A stretch of 64,000 nt of DNA from Isurus oxyrinchus. Taxonomy: Eukaryota. The notes beneath the pieces were generated by a model. That model did no database searches. It saw only the letters and a program-made list of their open reading frames with translations, and was not told where the DNA came from. Positions 37,661-51,484 of this stretch are shown here, piece after piece (the first letter of the stretch is position 1; each line of letters opens with the position of its first letter). A program made the position numbers and the translations under genes. The stretch spans positions 3,472,001 through 3,536,000 of the forward strand of contig JANJGN010000052.1 in the NCBI GenBank assembly GCA_026770705.1, written 5' to 3'.

Positions 37661-38529
37661 ACATTCTTACCTTCTTAAAATATTAAAGCTGCAGAATAAA
37701 CATGCAAGTAACTGACCCGCTCGACCCACCTTCCGTCTGGGGGTCCCATTGGGAGGACCTTTCCTGAGCCAGATCCATCAGCCAACATGGTCTGGATCCG
37801 AGCACAGGAGACACGGGGGGGAGTGACTAACAGGCTCCTTGTGACAGGCCCCGTCTGTCCAATGGCTGGCTTTCAGCTGCCAAGGCCAGAGTGGTCCTTG
37901 CTAAAACCGGCTCAGGACAGGCCAGGACCCCTGTGCAGACCCCCTCCAGTGCTGCAGCCTCTGTACAAACCCCTCATGCGCTTGTGGAGAGACACAAACA
38001 AGGCTGCGCATTACCGAGGAGAATCCCCTCTACGGACTAAGGGGCTGACTCATCACCTTAAACTCAGCAAATGAGGAGGCTCTCGCTCGGTATCGGGGCT
38101 TGGCATTCGCTCAGTAAAAATAATCAAATGACATTTTGGTCAGAAATCTAAGGAGGTTGTACATTCCCTCAAAAATAAGACTCGATCTGGGGTCGAGGGT
38201 CAAAGGACAACAACTTTGTTTACACAACAACTTGAACATGACAAATCACCCCAAGGTGCTACACAGGAGCGTCATAAAACAAAGTATGTCACCCAGACAC
38301 ATGTGGAGATATTAGCGACAGCTGGCCAGAAGAGTTCGGTGTTTTGGAGAGACAGAGAGAAAGAGAAAAAGAGACAGAGACAGAGAGAGAGAGAGTTGGA
38401 GAGGTTTCGGGTGGGAATTCCAGAGCTTATGGTCCCAGGCAGCTGAAGGCACGGCCGCCAATTTTGGAGCGAGAGCATCCGGTGATGGTCAAGAGTCCGG
38501 AATTGGAGGAGCGCAGTGATCTCGGGGGG

Positions 38530-39170
38530 TTGTAGGTGCTGTAGTTTGTACAGAGGCTGTAGAGAGGCTACAAATTAGGAAAATTTGGAGAGGCTGTAGG
38601 AGTTCACAGAGCTAGGGAGAGTTGTAAAGTTTGCAGGAGGTTACAGAGATAGGGAGGGTTGTAGGGGCCGGAGGAATTACAGTGAAAGGGGGGTGGGTGT
38701 AGGGACTGGTGGATGTTACAGGGTAAGGGGGGCATTAGGGGCATGAGTAGGTTACAGAGACAGGGGGTTTGGAGGGACTGGAGAAATTTACAGTGAAAGG
38801 GAGGCTTTAGGGGATAAAGATGGTGACAGAGATAGGGAGGCTGGATGGGAATGGGAAATGTTATGGAGATAGGAGGTTTGTAGGTACAGGATGGGGTTAT
38901 AGAGATTGGGAGGGTTATAGGGACTGGAGGAGGTTACAGAGATAGAGAGTGCTGTAGGGACTGGAGGACGTTACAGAGATAGGGGTTGTTGCAGCGGTTG
39001 GAGAAGATTACAGAGAAATGGACCGTTGTTGGAGCTGGAAGAGGTTTATGAGGTAGGGGTGGTTATAGGGACTGAAATAATTAACAGAGACTAGGAGTGT
39101 TGTAGGGGCTGGAGGAGGTTACAGAGATAGGGAGGGTTGTAGGGGCTGGAGGTGGAAGATGAGATTACAG
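38530..39170. repeat. Degenerate ~37-bp tandem array
   Basis: GGTTGTAGGGGCTGGAGGAGGTTACAGAGATAGGGA variants. Confidence 0.7.
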
Positions 39171-39204
39171 GGATAATGAGGAAACAAAGATGTAAATTTT
39201 GACA

Positions 39205-40190
39205 TTGAGACTTTGCTTGACCAGGAGCCAGTCTCGGTCATCGAGCAGAGCGGGTGATAAGGGAATTGGATTTGGTGTGAGTAAGGACGTGGTCAGCAGT
39301 TTTGGATGGCCTCAAGTTTATGGAGTGTGGAGCGTGTGTTGGAACAGTCGAGTCTGGAGGTAGTGAAGGTGTGGATGAGGGTTTCAGCAGCAGATGAGCT
39401 GAGACAGGGTGATGTCGTGCGATGTTACGGAGGTGGAAATAGACGGTGTTAGTGAGGGTGCAGATATGAGGCCGGAAGCTCATCTCAGGATCAAATGGGA
39501 CAACAAAGCTGGGAACAGATTGGCTTCAATCTCAGAGAGCTGTCAGGGAGAGGAATGGAGTTGGTAGCGAGGGAACAGAGTTTGGATCGGGGAATGAAGA
39601 CAATGGCTTCAGTCTTTCCAATATTTAATTGGAGGGAATTTCTGCCCATCCAGTACTGGATGTCGGATAAGCAGCCTGATAATTTAGCAGCAGTGGAGGA
39701 GTCGAGAGAGGTGGTGGTGAGGTAGAGCTGGGGATCCTCAGTGGACAGGTGAAAACTAACACTGTTCAGATGATGCTGCAAAGCCATTGCAAGTGATTCT
39801 CTGGCTACGATGAGATGGATAAGAATGGAGCCAGGGGAGAGCAGTCCCACCCAGCTGGACGACAGTGGAGAGGTGTTGGAGGAGGATGGTGTGGTCGAGC
39901 GTGTCAAAGGCTGCAGACAGATCGAGAAGGACGAGGAGGGAAAGTTGACCTTTGTCACAGTCACACAGGATGCCATTTGTGACCTTGATAAGAGCTGTTT
40001 CAGCACAGTGGCTGGGGTGGGAACCTGATTGGAGGGATTCAAACATGGAGTTCCGGGAAAGATGGGAAAGGATTTGGGAGATGGAAACACGTTCAAGGAC
40101 TTTGGAGGGGAAACAGAGGCTGGAAATGGGACGGGGGTTTACACAGACGGTGTGAGGGGTGGAAGGTGTAGTGGGGAGGAGACACTTCAC
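39205..40190 (-). mobile_element. L2-type LINE fragment (duplicate of 180-1165)
   Basis: Same ORF fragments, offset ~39.0 kb. Confidence 0.85.
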
Positions 40191-40410
40191 TCAGGGGGGA
40201 GGTGTCATCACCCCTCAGCTCGGTTTACGTTACAGCTATGATGTGGATTCAATCACACACAATAAGCTCATGGATCTGGGAGCAGAAATAGACAAATCAT
40301 TAAAAATAGTGACGCTGGTTAACACGGCCAAACAAAAAGCAAATCAAACACTATTATTTCCCATTGAGTGTTGGATGTGAATTGTTGAGTAATTATAACA
40401 CAGCACTTAC

Positions 40411-40788
40411 CAGAAACGTGAAGCTGGGTTACAGGGGAAACGTTATGGCTCCGACGATTGCCACATTTTATCGTGAAAAAATAATGTCCTGCATCTTCCC
40501 GTCTGATGTTGTTTATAATCAGGGAACAGTCGCCATCTTTCAGGTCTCCAGACAGCCGGGTCCGATGGTCGAACTGTGATAACTCGTGACTGTGACCCTT
40601 GGAGTGAAAGGCTATAGACCATTTAGACCATTTGTTCCGTATGTACCTTCTCATTTTCCAGATTCCGACATGTGGTTTCTTTACCAAATGTGATGGATAA
40701 CTGTAATGACATGGAATCAGTACACACGAACCTTTCTGCGCTGTCACCTCTCGTGGAGTGTCACCTTTCCACTCTTGTGACAATCCAA
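40411..40788 (-). CDS. Unit C first V-set exon, Arg replaced by Thr (YFFTIK)
   Basis: 378 nt, phase 1-1, open; paralog of 1386-1763. Confidence 0.88.
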
Positions 40789-42867
40789 CTGGGGAGAGAA
40801 ATATCAATATTTAACTCTGGATGTTTTGTTGATCCACTGGACTCGATATCCACCCCCTCCATCACTGGGGCACAGTGGCTGCAGTGTGGACCATCTACAG
40901 GACACACAATGAACTCCACAAGGTATCACCCCAGATGGAAGAGAATCCTGGACACAAAAGCGGAAAAGTTCATTCTACATTGGTTCATGGTCCTCAGGAC
41001 CCTGTTTGTGCACAAGCCTGCTCTCCAACAGAACTGAAGTTGGGGACAATGCATTTGGAATTCCACTGTCCAGGGCATTGGGTTAACCTGCTGATTTTGT
41101 TTTAAATCTAACATCTATTTTTGGTCTGTTGCCTTAAAAGGACTGTAACTGGGAGTCAGGTTAATTAGGAATTTTAGGAGTTATGATAGCAGTCTTATAG
41201 TTATGTATGTGCTTGAAATCCTTTATTTTGATGACAAATATGTTAATTTATTGTTTTAAATCTCTGAAGGTATTGGTGGAGTTAGTGCTTCTGAATTAAG
41301 TGCACACATCTCATAATAAATACAAATTGCAAAATCATTATGATAGTGTGACCAGGTTTCTCTCATGGACTTGGTCTGCCTGGCACACATCACCTGCCAA
41401 GTGATAACACTGTTGTAATATGCCTTTCAGGGACAGCAGCATGACATCACTCGAGGGGAAGTGTGTCATGTGATTTTTAGGAACTGGTGTTCGCTTAAGT
41501 AAGTTCGATGTGTATTTGTGTGCGTTAGGCATAAGGTCTATCTTTAAGTTCAAGTTTAGTTTGTATTTCTGTATTTGGGTGTTGAGAAAAGGGGGAACTT
41601 GATGTAAAAAGAAGCCAGCATTCCATTGAGGTTTTATGACTGTTGAAGGGAAGTCAAAACAAATACAAGGTGTAAGAAACTGTGCTGTTGCCTAGCAACA
41701 GTGATCCAGAGGGAAGGACCCACAGAGACAGAGAAAAACAGAAAAGTACTTTCAGTTCTGTTGAAAGGAGTTGCCAGGAGAAGCAGCAAAGGAGCGGGAC
41801 AGATAGTCAGTCCCAAAGTAAAGATGAAGCCAAATCTATCGAGTGGAACAGGAGAAAGGGCCCAAGAAAACCTTCTAGTCAAATCTGTAAAAGGCCCTGT
41901 TAAGTGAAGTTAAGAGTGAGGAGCAGAAGAAGGCTTCAAGCATAAAGGGAGAAAGCAGCAGGACACAGACCTAAAGCAAAATAGGCTTGCGAGAAGCCAG
42001 AAGATCCTAGGAGACACCACAGGTTGGTGACTCATTACTACGGCCATGTGAAGCCATGGTGTTCCATTGACACGGCTGAGCATTGGAGAGACAGGGCGCG
42101 GAAGGAAGGCTGAATGCACGTGGCGATCCAGGGGGCAGGAACATGGGAAGGAGAGTTTGAAATAGTGAAAGTGGACCCTTGTGGAAGGTGTCTGAGTGAA
42201 AGTGTCATGTTGGAGAAGATTCCAAAGTGAGTTCTTGGAGAGTGGAGATTGGAAACTCTCATATGAAAGAAGCTTTTCAGTGAGACTGGTTGGCTCACAG
42301 TGTAACAAGCGTCTGGGGACAGATGAGACATAGAATTTGTTTCAAGTGGGCTCTGCCACTTGCTTTCAGAATGTTGTGTCCCTGACCACAGGTCGTCTAT
42401 TGGTTTACACGGACTGTGTACTTAGTGTGAACATGAGAATATAAGATAGTTATCGTAATTTGTGTTCTACTTATGTATCTGTAAAGGTATAGGTCTGGGT
42501 GAAGGAGTAATGTCATATAGTTTGTCTTTCCTAGTTTAATAAATGTTTTATTCTTTTGTTAGAAGTTCATCAGATGACTCCTGTGACTGTTCAGTAGCCG
42601 CACTCCACATTCCTAAATAAAAAATAAAAGTTAGGACCTGTCAAGCTGAGTTCCACCCTGGGATCTGACTTGCCCAGTAGTAACATCAGCTGGGATGATA
42701 ACACCATCCAGTCCAAGTTTCACTTTGGCCTGTGAGCAGAACACAGTTCACACAGTTTGGCTGCAGGTGTCTCCCAGCTTTCTATCCTTGTATATCTGTT
42801 CTCATGTCCCTGTTCTAAATAACTGAACCCACAATGTATTTACCCAATTCCGTATCAGTGGCTTTAA

Positions 42868-43760
42868 CCTCATCCCAGATCCTGTAGGAGAAGGAAGGTC
42901 AAAGGAATATTGTCAGAATGTCCACAAAATTCCCCAGTTTGAACTGGGATGTAGCTGACCGACTATCTGAATTCAGAATGTTTAAACAGCGTACAGAGCT
43001 CTGGTTTCCTGATTCAGGTGTGACTGAACCAGACGAACAAGCCATAAAAATTCACCTCGCGATTGGGAATGAAGGTCTACACAGGCTGAGCACATCAGGA
43101 TTAACAGCAGAAGAGCGAAAGGATCCCCAATAGATACGGACGATATTGGAAGACAGGTTCAGAATCAGGTGAAACTCCATATTCATCAACTAGAGTTTAT
43201 GTCATTTCATCAGCCTACACAATCCATAGACCACTTCATCAGCCGATGTAGAGAAAAGGGTACGCACTGTGATTTCAAACACAGAGCCTGCAGACAGAGT
43301 TGTTGAGTTGGTGATTACATCCACTCCCATGGAAGCCTTCCAGAAAGATCTGCTAGATAAGACCAAAACCTATAGCATTGAAGAGCTACTCAAGGATGGA
43401 CATAAATACGAAGTGATCCTCGCAGGTCAACGAAGCTTACAGGTCCTCAGTACAACATCAATTGTTGACACACTCACTAGAACATCCAAACCTAGTGAGA
43501 CGTGTGGAAGGTGTGGCCTTCTGCAGGCACCAAGGAAATGCCCAGCTTTCCACCAATCCTGCAAGGCTTGTGGCAGAAAGGGCCATTGACAGCGGCAGGG
43601 CACGAGAGCAAAGGCTGATGCAGCTACAAAGAGCCGTGCGCTGATCCAAAGAGACCCTGCACAACGGGGCACCTTCAAGCAATAAGAATGACCATCCGCT
43701 ATCCCATCAGGAACATATACATGTGGTGACTGACAAACCAGGAAATGGCGATGATGTACA
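42868..43760 (+). mobile_element. Gypsy gag remnant (duplicate of 4432-5325)
   Basis: Same broken gag ORFs. Confidence 0.8.
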
Positions 43761-45535
43761 TGTGGGAGGGTCAGTAATGTGGGAGTGCTGCACTATCAGG
43801 GGGTCAGTAATGGGAGAGTGCTGCACTGTCAGAGGGTCAGTAATGAGGGAGTGCTGCACTGCCAGAGGGTCAGTAATGTGGGATTGCTGCACTGTCAGAG
43901 GGTCAGTAATGAGGGAGTGCTGCACTGTCAGAGGGTCAGTAATGTGGGAGTGCTGCACTGTCAGAGGGTCAGTAATGTGGGAGTGCTGCACGGTCAGAGG
44001 TTCAGTACTGAGGGAGTGCTGCACTGTCAGATGGTCAGTACTGAGGGAGTGCTGCACTGTCGGAGGGTCAGTACTGAGGGAGTGCTGCACTGTCACAGGG
44101 TCAGTAATGAGGGAGTGCTGCACTGTCAGATTGTCTGTACTGAGTGAGTTCCGCACAGTCGGAGGGTCAGTATTGAGGGGGTGCCAGAATGTGGGAGGGT
44201 TAGTGCTGAGGTAGAGCGGAGTGTGAGAAGATATCCTTTCATGGCAAAGTTTAACTGGAATTTATTTAAACACAATTCTTGTACCGTGTGTTATTGCAAA
44301 AGAAAGGATTTGAGGAACTAAGTCTTGTTCCTGTAAGACTAAAATAAATTTTCATCGATTTCAATGATTTAGCATTGAAACCTCCCTCTTTGTGCACCAG
44401 TCTTGACTGAAACAACTCGCACAGCACTGTGGGAGGGTGAGTACTGAGGGAGTGCTGCACTGTGGGAGGGGGAGTACTGAGGGAGTGCTGCACTGTGGGA
44501 GGGGGAGTACTGAGGGAGTGCTGCACTGTGGGTGGGTGTGTACAGAGGGAGGGCTGCACTGTGGGAGGGTGAGAATTGAGGGAGTGCTGCACTGTGGGAA
44601 GGTGAGTACATAGGGAGGGCTGCACTGTGGGAGGGTCAGTACTGAGAGAGTGCTGCACTGTGGGAGGGTGAGTACTGAGGGAGTGCTGCACTGTCAGTGC
44701 GTCTGTACCGAGGGAGTGCTGCACTGTCAGAGGTTCAGTAATGAGGGAGTGCTGCACTGTCAGAGGGTCAGTAATGTGGGAGTGCTGAACTGTCGGCGGG
44801 TCTGTATTGAGTGAGTTCCGCACAGTCAGAGGGTCAGTATTGAGGGGGTGCCAGACTGTGGGAGGGTTAGTACTGAGGTAGAGCCGAGTGTGAGAAGATA
44901 TCCTTTCATGGCAAAGTTTAACTGGAATTTATTTAAACAGAATTCTTGTACTGTGTGTTATTGCAAAAGAAAGGATTTGAGGAACTAAGTCTTGTTCCCG
45001 TAAGCCTAAAAATAATTTTCACCGATTCAATGATTTAGCATTGAAACCTCCCTCTTTGGGCACCAGTCTTGATTGAATCAACTCGAACAGCACCGTGGGA
45101 GGGTGAGTACTGAGGGAGTGCTGCACTGTGGGAGGGTGAGTACTGAGAGAGGGCTGCGCTGTGGGAGGGTGAGTACTGAGGGAGTGCTGCACTGTCAGAG
45201 AGTCTGTACTGAGGGAGTGCTGCACTGTCAGAAGGTGTGTACCGTGGGAGTGCTGAACTGTCGGAATGTTAGTAGTGAGGGAGGGATACAGTGTCAGAGG
45301 ATCAGTACTGAGGGAGTGCTGCACTGTGGGTGGATGAGTACTGAGGGAGTGCTGCACTGTCAGATTGTCAGCCATGAGGGTGTGCTGCACTGTCAGAAGG
45401 TCAGTGCTGACAGGGTGCTGCACTTGAAAAGGGTCAATAATGAGGTAGTGCAGCACTGTCAGAGGGACAGTAATGAGGGAGCGCTGCACTGACCGAGGGT
45501 CAGGATTGAGGAAACGCTGCACTGTCAGTTCTGTG
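43761..45535. repeat. 33-bp minisatellite with ~280-bp spacers (duplicate of 7960-9665)
   Basis: Spacer copies at ~44140-44425 and ~44805-45090. Confidence 0.85.
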
Positions 45536-46239
45536 CGTGGTCTGCAATGTCCTAAGTGCATTCTAGGTACAGCCCAAGATTCCGCCTGATGTCTGTGTAA
45601 CAACAACATCATGTACATGTCGAGAATAATTCTCACTGTGTTGGTGCAGCAAGACAGTTTTGGAATGGCACCACCACTGGCAGGAGTGTGCAGCTACAAT
45701 GTGACATGTTTACATTGGAAATTTCCATTATAAAGATGGCCACAGGAATTCATCTGACTGGAAAAAGTGACAACATGAAATAATGTCTTTGAGCCAAGAA
45801 TCTGGCAGGAAAATAAGAATTTTCATCCATAAGTATCTACAGAAAAGGCTGAGCATTTTAATCACTTGTGTTAATCAATGTAATTTTATTCATAACCCAA
45901 ATGCTTCTTACAATCTATCGCAGCATGAAAAAGGTGCAGCATTCAGAAAGCACATTCCAATCAGAGAACAGAGTTTAGCAATGTCACATTTCTGTTCATT
46001 CCTATTCGACCATGTTGGCTGCACACAGCCAGACAATGCCGTGGTTATGATGTGTCCACACAGCAGGACTGGGGAGCACCAGGTATAAGGAAAAGTTTCA
46101 GCTTGCTGAGGAGAAGAAGGAGAATCTCTCGTTCCAGGTTTCTCTCCGTACATTAAGAAGCAGACATGCCGATGTTTCATTGCACTCTGTCTGCTGATGG
46201 GAGTCCGCTTGGAAATTGCTGTTTGTGCTGATGGAAAGA

Positions 46240-46850
46240 ATAAGCTTTTCATAAATCGAGGGATTGAGTACAAACACAGGGAGGTTATGCTGAACATTTA
46301 TAAAGCTCTGGTTAGGTCACAGCTAGAGTATTGTGTCCAGTTCTGGTCTCCTCACTTTGGGAAGGAAGTGAGGGTCCTTGAGAGGGTGGGGAGGAGATTG
46401 AGCAGAATGGGTCCAGGGATGAGGGATTTTAGCTACAAGGTTGGGTTGGAGAAGCTGGGGTTGTTCTCCTTGGAGCAAAGGAGATTGAGGGGGGATCTGA
46501 TCGAGGTGTACAAGATGATGATGGGTTTAGATACGGTAGACAAAGAGAAGCTGTTGCCATTAGCTGATGGTACAAGGACTGGGGGACACAGATTGAAGGT
46601 TGTGGGCAGAGGGGGGATGTGAGGAGGAACTTTTTTACACAGCGAGTGGTAATGAGCTGGAACTCGCTGCCTACGAGGATGGTGGAAGCGGAGACGATGA
46701 ACGATTTCAAAAGGAAATTGGATGGACACTTGGAAATAAACTTGCAGAGATACGGGGATAGAGAGGGGGAATGGGACTGACTGTATTGCTCTACAGAGAG
46801 ACAGCATGGACTTAATGGGCTGAATGGTCTCCTACTGTGCTGGAATGCCT
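46240..46850 (+). mobile_element. CR1 LINE 3' end
   Basis: IYKALVRSQLEYCVQFWSP...LGLFSLEQRRLRGDLIEVYK. Confidence 0.88.
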
Positions 46851-46963
46851 CTCTGATACGAAGGTGATTCTAACCAGGACACTGACCAGTTTCTTTACAA
46901 CTTAACCCAACATCACACGTTATTTGTCCGCACTGACTGACCAGATTGTTGCTGTACAAAGCT

Positions 46964-47103
46964 TCAAACAGTCTGTCGACTTCCTTTCACTGTTTGTCTC
47001 TCCCAGACACAGACTCCAGCGATAGTGATAACCACAGCCACAAGGAATAGCACAGCTCGTATTCCCAGGATCAGGATCACGTGCAGAATCTCTCCTCCAC
47101 TGT
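46964..47103 (-). CDS. Unit D activating-type TM plus short tail exon: SGGEILHVILILGIRAVLFLVAVVITIAGVCVWERQTVKGSRQTV*
   Basis: TTCTGTGCGTTCTCTAG acceptor, phase 1 like the upstream Ig exons; open to TGA; Arg (47057-47059) inside the hydrophobic span; no Tyr in the tail. Confidence 0.78.
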
Positions 47104-48775
47104 CTAGAGAACGCACAGAAAGAAATCTTCACTGACTCTCCGCTTTCAATCTCTCACTCTGGCTGAACAATCAAGCTTCATATCACTGCAACATTTGCTG
47201 TAATATTGACCCATCCACTGGGATTCAATGTGGAATGAATGTTTTCATTGTAAACACTCTAAGAGTGGACAATCGGAACTTTCCCCTTAGCATGGAACAT
47301 TGGTGAGAATGGATCATTGTGCTGTTGGACTCCCTGTCCAATGTTTCTCTCCATCGCTGTGTACAGGATTGTGCTGTAGAAAATTCTGGAAACGTTTAGT
47401 GCAGGGTGGAAATCCATCTTGGATGCGTGTGCGAATCGGGCAGAATCGAGATGGACTCCCCCACGGACTTACACCCCCCGCTTAATAAACAGTTCCAATC
47501 TTTACCCAGAGAGAGGGGAGAATGTGGAACTCACTCCCACAGGGAGTGGTTGAGGTGAACAGTATCGATGTATTTAAGGGGCAGGAGGGTCGGTAACCAG
47601 AGGGACACAGATTGATGAACCGGAGGGGGAGATGAGGAGAATTTGTTTTGACAGAGCGAGTTGTTGTGATCTGGAAGGTGCTGCCTGAAAGGGCGGTGGA
47701 AGCAGATTCAATAGGAACTTTCAAAAGGGAAATTGGATAAACACTTGAAGGAGGAAGATGGGGGCAAAGTGGAGTGGTGCTTAGTGGATCTGATTGGATA
47801 GAACATTGAAAGACCTGGCACAGGCACAATGGGCTGAATGGCCTCCTCCTGTGCTGTATCATTCTCCGCTTCCATGATCTCTCCCCCAGTCAGTAACCAC
47901 TCCAGATCCCTCTTGAAGGCGACAGAGAAACAGGAACTACCACACCCACTGACAGCACATTCTCAAGGATCCCTACTCTCTGGGAAAAGATGAACTCCCC
48001 AACATCCAGCCTATTCCTGCTTCCCAGAGAGTGTAAACCCTTCAGGGAGGCACTGAGGAAGTTTTCAATAAAATGAATTATCAAATCTATCATTTGAGAA
48101 ATAATTTAATTCTGATGAACTCACAGCTTGTGTAGCAAACTGGGAAGTGGAGTTGCTTGAAAAGCTGGGAAACACAAGGATTAAGTGCTACAATGCCACC
48201 ACTGGTGGGAGACTGTAACTACAGCGTGACGTTTACATAGGCAGTCATCATTATCAACAGGGGCATTGGACATACTGGGAAATATGTGCACTGGAAAGGT
48301 GAGTAAATGATGTAAGATTTTCACCAGCAGGAATTCTCTAACTAAACCTCTCCACCTCTCTCTTACTCTCAGATACACAAAGAAAATCACACAGAATCAG
48401 ATAAGGAGGAGTTGGGGCCGGTGATTGTTCGAAGGGTTAGCTTTCAGGAAGCTTCTTAAAAGGAGAGAGAGAGTTGGAGAGGCAGAGAGTATCTGTGAGT
48501 GTCTCTATGCATCTGAGTGTCTGTAATAGACTTTGTAATTTCCATATTCTTCCATAAATATGATTGGGAACACAAATCCCAGATTCCAGGCCAACTCTCC
48601 AGTGCAGTACTCAGGTAAGCCACAGGGGAGTGTGTGCTAGTGTGTTTGTTCGTGAGTGTGTCTTTGTAATTGCTCATACATGTGTGTCTGCATGTGTCTA
48701 TTTAGTTCTGTATATTTGTGTGTGTTTGTGCAATGTTTGAATCTAAGAGAGATGTTGATGTCTGTGTACACTCAC

Positions 48776-48928
48776 TTTCCACAGTGATGGTTATGAACCC
48801 CTCCACTGCTCCATGTTCATTCTCTGCCACACACTGATAGTCTCCAGTGTCCCGATATGTAATGGGAGGAATCACCAACCACAGCTCATTGTTGGAACTT
48901 GTTCTGTTCATTTGGACATTAAGATGTC
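48776..48928 (-). pseudogene. Unit D truncated Ig (I-set) exon, 3' half only
   Basis: MNRTSSNNELWL...DYQCVAENEHG...TVE with donor intact; 5' half and acceptor replaced by ~180 bp of unrelated sequence. Confidence 0.8.
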
Positions 48929-49251
48929 AGGGCAGGAATCAAGAAGCCCGTTCGCAGGATTACCAACAGAAAGTGAACCACAATTTATACTTAATGGGAA
49001 GAGAGTGCTGATTGGTTGGCAAGTGGTCTCTGATAGGTGGACGTGTTGCCATGGAGAATGGTGTGTGCGAGATGTAAACTTTAGACAGCTTGTCTCTTTA
49101 TTCAGCAATAATCAAATAAAGATCAATTAACTTCAATCGACTGTGAAGCACTTAGAGAGGTCTGAGAATGTGGATACTGAGAACGGGCTGCACTGTCAGA
49201 GGGTCAGCGCTGAGGGAGTGCTGATGTAGAATGAAAGGTGTATGTACTTAC

Positions 49252-49548
49252 CTTGCACAGTTAGTACGAGGGTCCGCTCCGATGAAACAGATGGATATCT
49301 CACTCTGCAGCTGAGAGTGTGTCCGTGGTGTTTGAGTGATGGGATCAGGGTCAGAACAGAAGTATAGGTCAGAGTGACACCATGCTGAGTTACAGTGTAT
49401 GAGACTGATCCAGGTACGTCAGTGGGAGTGTCCCAGGTTAAGACAGGCGCTGCAGTTCCATTGCACGTTGTGTTGATGGTGCAGCTTACATCCGCATGCT
49501 TTCCTGCAATAATTTCAGCAGGGAATATCATGGGTTTATCTGTGAAAT
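49252..49548 (-). CDS. Unit D C2-set exon, open
   Basis: 297 nt, phase 1-1, canonical sites. Confidence 0.85.
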
Positions 49549-50406
49549 CTAACAGACAGAGAATGGGTCTTTTTAGAGAAATATAACGTGAAGCATCAGT
49601 TCAAATAGAAATCACAGTCCCACAAGAGAAAGCACTTTTACAAGGATGATATCAGAACTGAGAGGTTACAATGATCAGGAAAGATTTTCTTGCTCTTTGG
49701 CAGTAGTGTTTCTGTCTCTCAGCTTAATACACGTTCACTCCGAGACATGTGAATTGAGAACACTGGATGAGAGAAGAGGCTCAGACCAGAGATTGGAGTT
49801 AAAAGCAGAATACTGCGGATGCTGGAAATCTGAAACAAAAACAAAAATTGCTGGAAAGACTCAGCAGGTCTGACAGTATCAGTGGAGAGGAAGACAGGGT
49901 TAACGTTTTGAGTCCGTATGACTCTTCATCAGACCAGAGGTTTGAGTTCACTGGCTTCTCATTTCCTCAGTGATCTGGGTGAGTTATCACCTTGTGGTTT
50001 GTTGGATCTTGCTGTGCACAAACTGACTGCTGTGTTTTACATCTGTGACTACAATTCAGGAATAATTTCATTGGCTGTGAAGGGATTTGGATCCTCCTGA
50101 GGTGGTAAATTGCGCTGCAGAAATGCACATCTTTCTTTTATCGATACGTCAGACTTTTAAACAGGACAGGAGAGATTGATGGGAGTGGTAACCTGATAAT
50201 ACAGTTAATGCTTTTCATCATTGATATTAAAGTGAGTATTAGAGGTTGCTTTAGGACTGAACTGGAAGCTATCACCAGGTTATTGAGAATCAGACAGTGT
50301 GTTATAATAAGCTGCGTTTTGTGTTAATATGTAAACGTCACATTTTGTGTTATCTCCCATTGAGTGTTGAATGTGAATTGTTGAGTAATTATAACACAGC
50401 ACTTAC

Positions 50407-50781
50407 CACAAACGTGAAGCTGGGTTACAGGATAATAGTTGTATCTATTCCAGCTGTCAAATTCTATTCTGAAAAAATAAGGTCCTGCATCTTCCCGTCT
50501 GATGTTGTTTATAATCAGGGAACAGTCGCCATCTTTCAGGTCTCCAGACAGCCTGGTCCGATGGTGGAATCTTTGATCCCTGTGACTGTGACCCTCGGAA
50601 TGAAAGGCTATAGACCATTTCGGCTGTGGGTTCCCATCTATTCCTTTCAAGCAGATTCAGACACGTGATCTCCCTACGAAATTTGATAAGTAACTGTAAT
50701 GACATGGAATCTGTACACACGAACCATCCTGCGCTGTCACCTCTCGTGAAGTGTCGCCTTTTCAATCTTGTGACAGTCCAA
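50407..50781 (-). pseudogene. Unit D V-set exon with two nonsense codons, Arg retained
   Basis: TGA at 50762-50764 (W) and 50657-50659 (G); C-strand Trp changed to Cys; YFFRIE present. Confidence 0.85.
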
Positions 50782-51484
50782 CTATGGAGAGAAATGTCAA
50801 TATTTAACTCTGGATAGTTTGTAGATCCACTAGACTCGATATCCACCCTCTCCATCAGTGGGGCACAGTGGCTGCAGTGTGGACCATCTACAGGACACAC
50901 AAAGAACCCCCCAAGGTATCACAACGGAGGGAAGAGAATCCTGGACACAGGAGTGGACAAGTTCATTCTACATTGGCTCATGGTCCTCAGGACCCTGTTT
51001 AGTGAAGCCAGTCTTCCACCCAACACAGTGTCTACAAGACACACAGGGAAACTGTGTAAACATCTCATCTCTCTACACTGACTGGTTTGAGCTTCAGTTT
51101 AACTTTCAGTATTTTTAAATTTCCATATTGTGGTTGCTATGGTGAAACTGTGCAGGAAGTGCGAGGGCTGGACTCTCTGTCTATTCTGACTGCAGCTGTG
51201 ATGTGGTCGTGGTGATTCTCAGTAAAATGAAACCCTCTGAGCTCCTCCATCCTCGAGGTTTAGGGAGTGAATTCCAGAGCTCAGGCCCCAGGCAGCTGAA
51301 GGCCCGGCCGCCACTATTGGAGTGATGGGAATCGGGGGATGGTCAAGAGGCCGGAATTGGAGTAACACAGAGATCTGGGAAGTTGTTTGGGTGAGTTGCA
51401 GGAGGTTACAGAGATAAAGAGATAAGAATGATCTTTTACAAAGACTGTTAAACATAAATCTGTCCGAGCTGATGATGATATTAC

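Noticed and set aside
47150-47480. Possible stalk exon upstream of the Arg-TM exon
   Set aside because: Acceptor-like site at ~47374 has no convincing donor and no homology.
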